Below, one piece after another: positions 33,396 through 33,608 of a DNA stretch of 33,608 nt. How positions within the stretch are numbered: the first letter of the stretch is position 1; each line of letters starts with the position of its first letter. Location of the stretch: NCBI GenBank assembly GCA_964496615.1, contig CAZCAB010000002.1:1-33608 (forward strand), read 5' to 3'. Source of the stretch: an uncultured Gammaproteobacteria bacterium (GTDB lineage Bacteria > Patescibacteriota > Patescibacteriia > Magasanikbacterales > UBA922). The position numbers and the translations under genes were made by a program. The notes under the pieces are model-generated. The model was given only the letters and a program-made list of their open reading frames with translations. It had not been told where the DNA came from and searched no databases.

Positions 33396-33608
33396 CTATA
33401 TATTTACGCCATGCTTTCTAAGTGCTGATTTAATATCGCCAACATTCGTTACACTAACAACTTCATCCATGCTAAATGAAACGTCAAAATTTTTCTCAAG
33501 TTCAGTGACTAAAATAAGACCATTAAATGAATCCCAACTCTCAGTATTCTGTGGCGACATATCCTCATTGATATTTTCGACTGGTACTGCAAGTACTCGC
33601 GAGAGTAT
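33396..33608 (-). CDS. acyl carrier protein-like, partial (C-terminal 70 aa; N-terminus beyond the right edge)
   Basis: Hand translation gives ...VENINEDMSPQNTESWDSFNGLILVTELEKNFDVSFSMDEVVSVTNVGDIKSALRKHGVNI*. WDSF fits the phosphopantetheine-attachment DS(L/F) context of small carrier proteins from polysaccharide loci. Confidence 0.65.
   Translation of the reverse strand: MLSRVLAVPVENINEDMSPQNTESWDSFNGLILVTELEKNFDVSFSMDEVVSVTNVGDIKSALRKHGVNI

Overview
AT-rich (about 40% G+C from hand counts of a few lines) bacterial chromosomal segment, almost fully coding and dominated by cell-envelope glycan genes. All calls come from reading motifs by eye; nothing was searched against a database. (1) 1-5.8 kb: an open-ended unknown ORF and a 55-aa ORF coupled to uppP, then two tRNAs (Glu-CUC, Met/Ile2-CAU) with near-consensus TTGACA-17-TATAnT promoters bracketing an orphan 345-aa ORF, then a class B PBP and a YtxH-like protein. 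(2) 5.8-17.2 kb: glycan assembly genes. These are GT4, DUF2304-like plus GT2, a UDP-glucuronate decarboxylase-like SDR, a secreted S8 protease with an FG-GAP-like tail, a polyprenyl-phosphate sugar-phosphate transferase, an epimerase, a divergent NeuB-like synthase and two UDP-sugar 6-dehydrogenases. (3) 17.36-18.70 kb: a lone plus-strand, strikingly GC-rich (about 60%+) gene for a Cys-rich putative lipoprotein with an FGE/SUMF1 domain and perfect 48-bp tandem repeats. It looks recently acquired and splits the glycan region. (4) 18.8-33.6 kb: one tightly packed minus-strand operon that runs off the right edge. Gene order is ACP, MaoC hotdog dehydratase, SDR, GNAT/FemAB-like acyltransferase, NeuC-like, CBS-fused sugar dehydrogenase, NeuA-like, 2-hydroxyacid dehydrogenase, an unassigned GT-B-like protein, a neuA-neuB-neuC triad, a CBS protein, NeuA-like, a NeuB-SAF-cupin fusion, and HAD phosphatase. 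The window therefore holds 3 NeuB-family synthases, 3 NeuA-type cytidylyltransferases and 2 NeuC-type epimerases, which I read as a multi-branch, probably acyl-decorated nonulosonic-acid (sialic-acid-like) factory. This is the most likely novel system here. The only candidate transferase appears frameshifted at an A8 tract. Five gene pairs overlap as ATGA (stop/start coupling). No CRISPR array, rRNA, transposase or integrase was seen.
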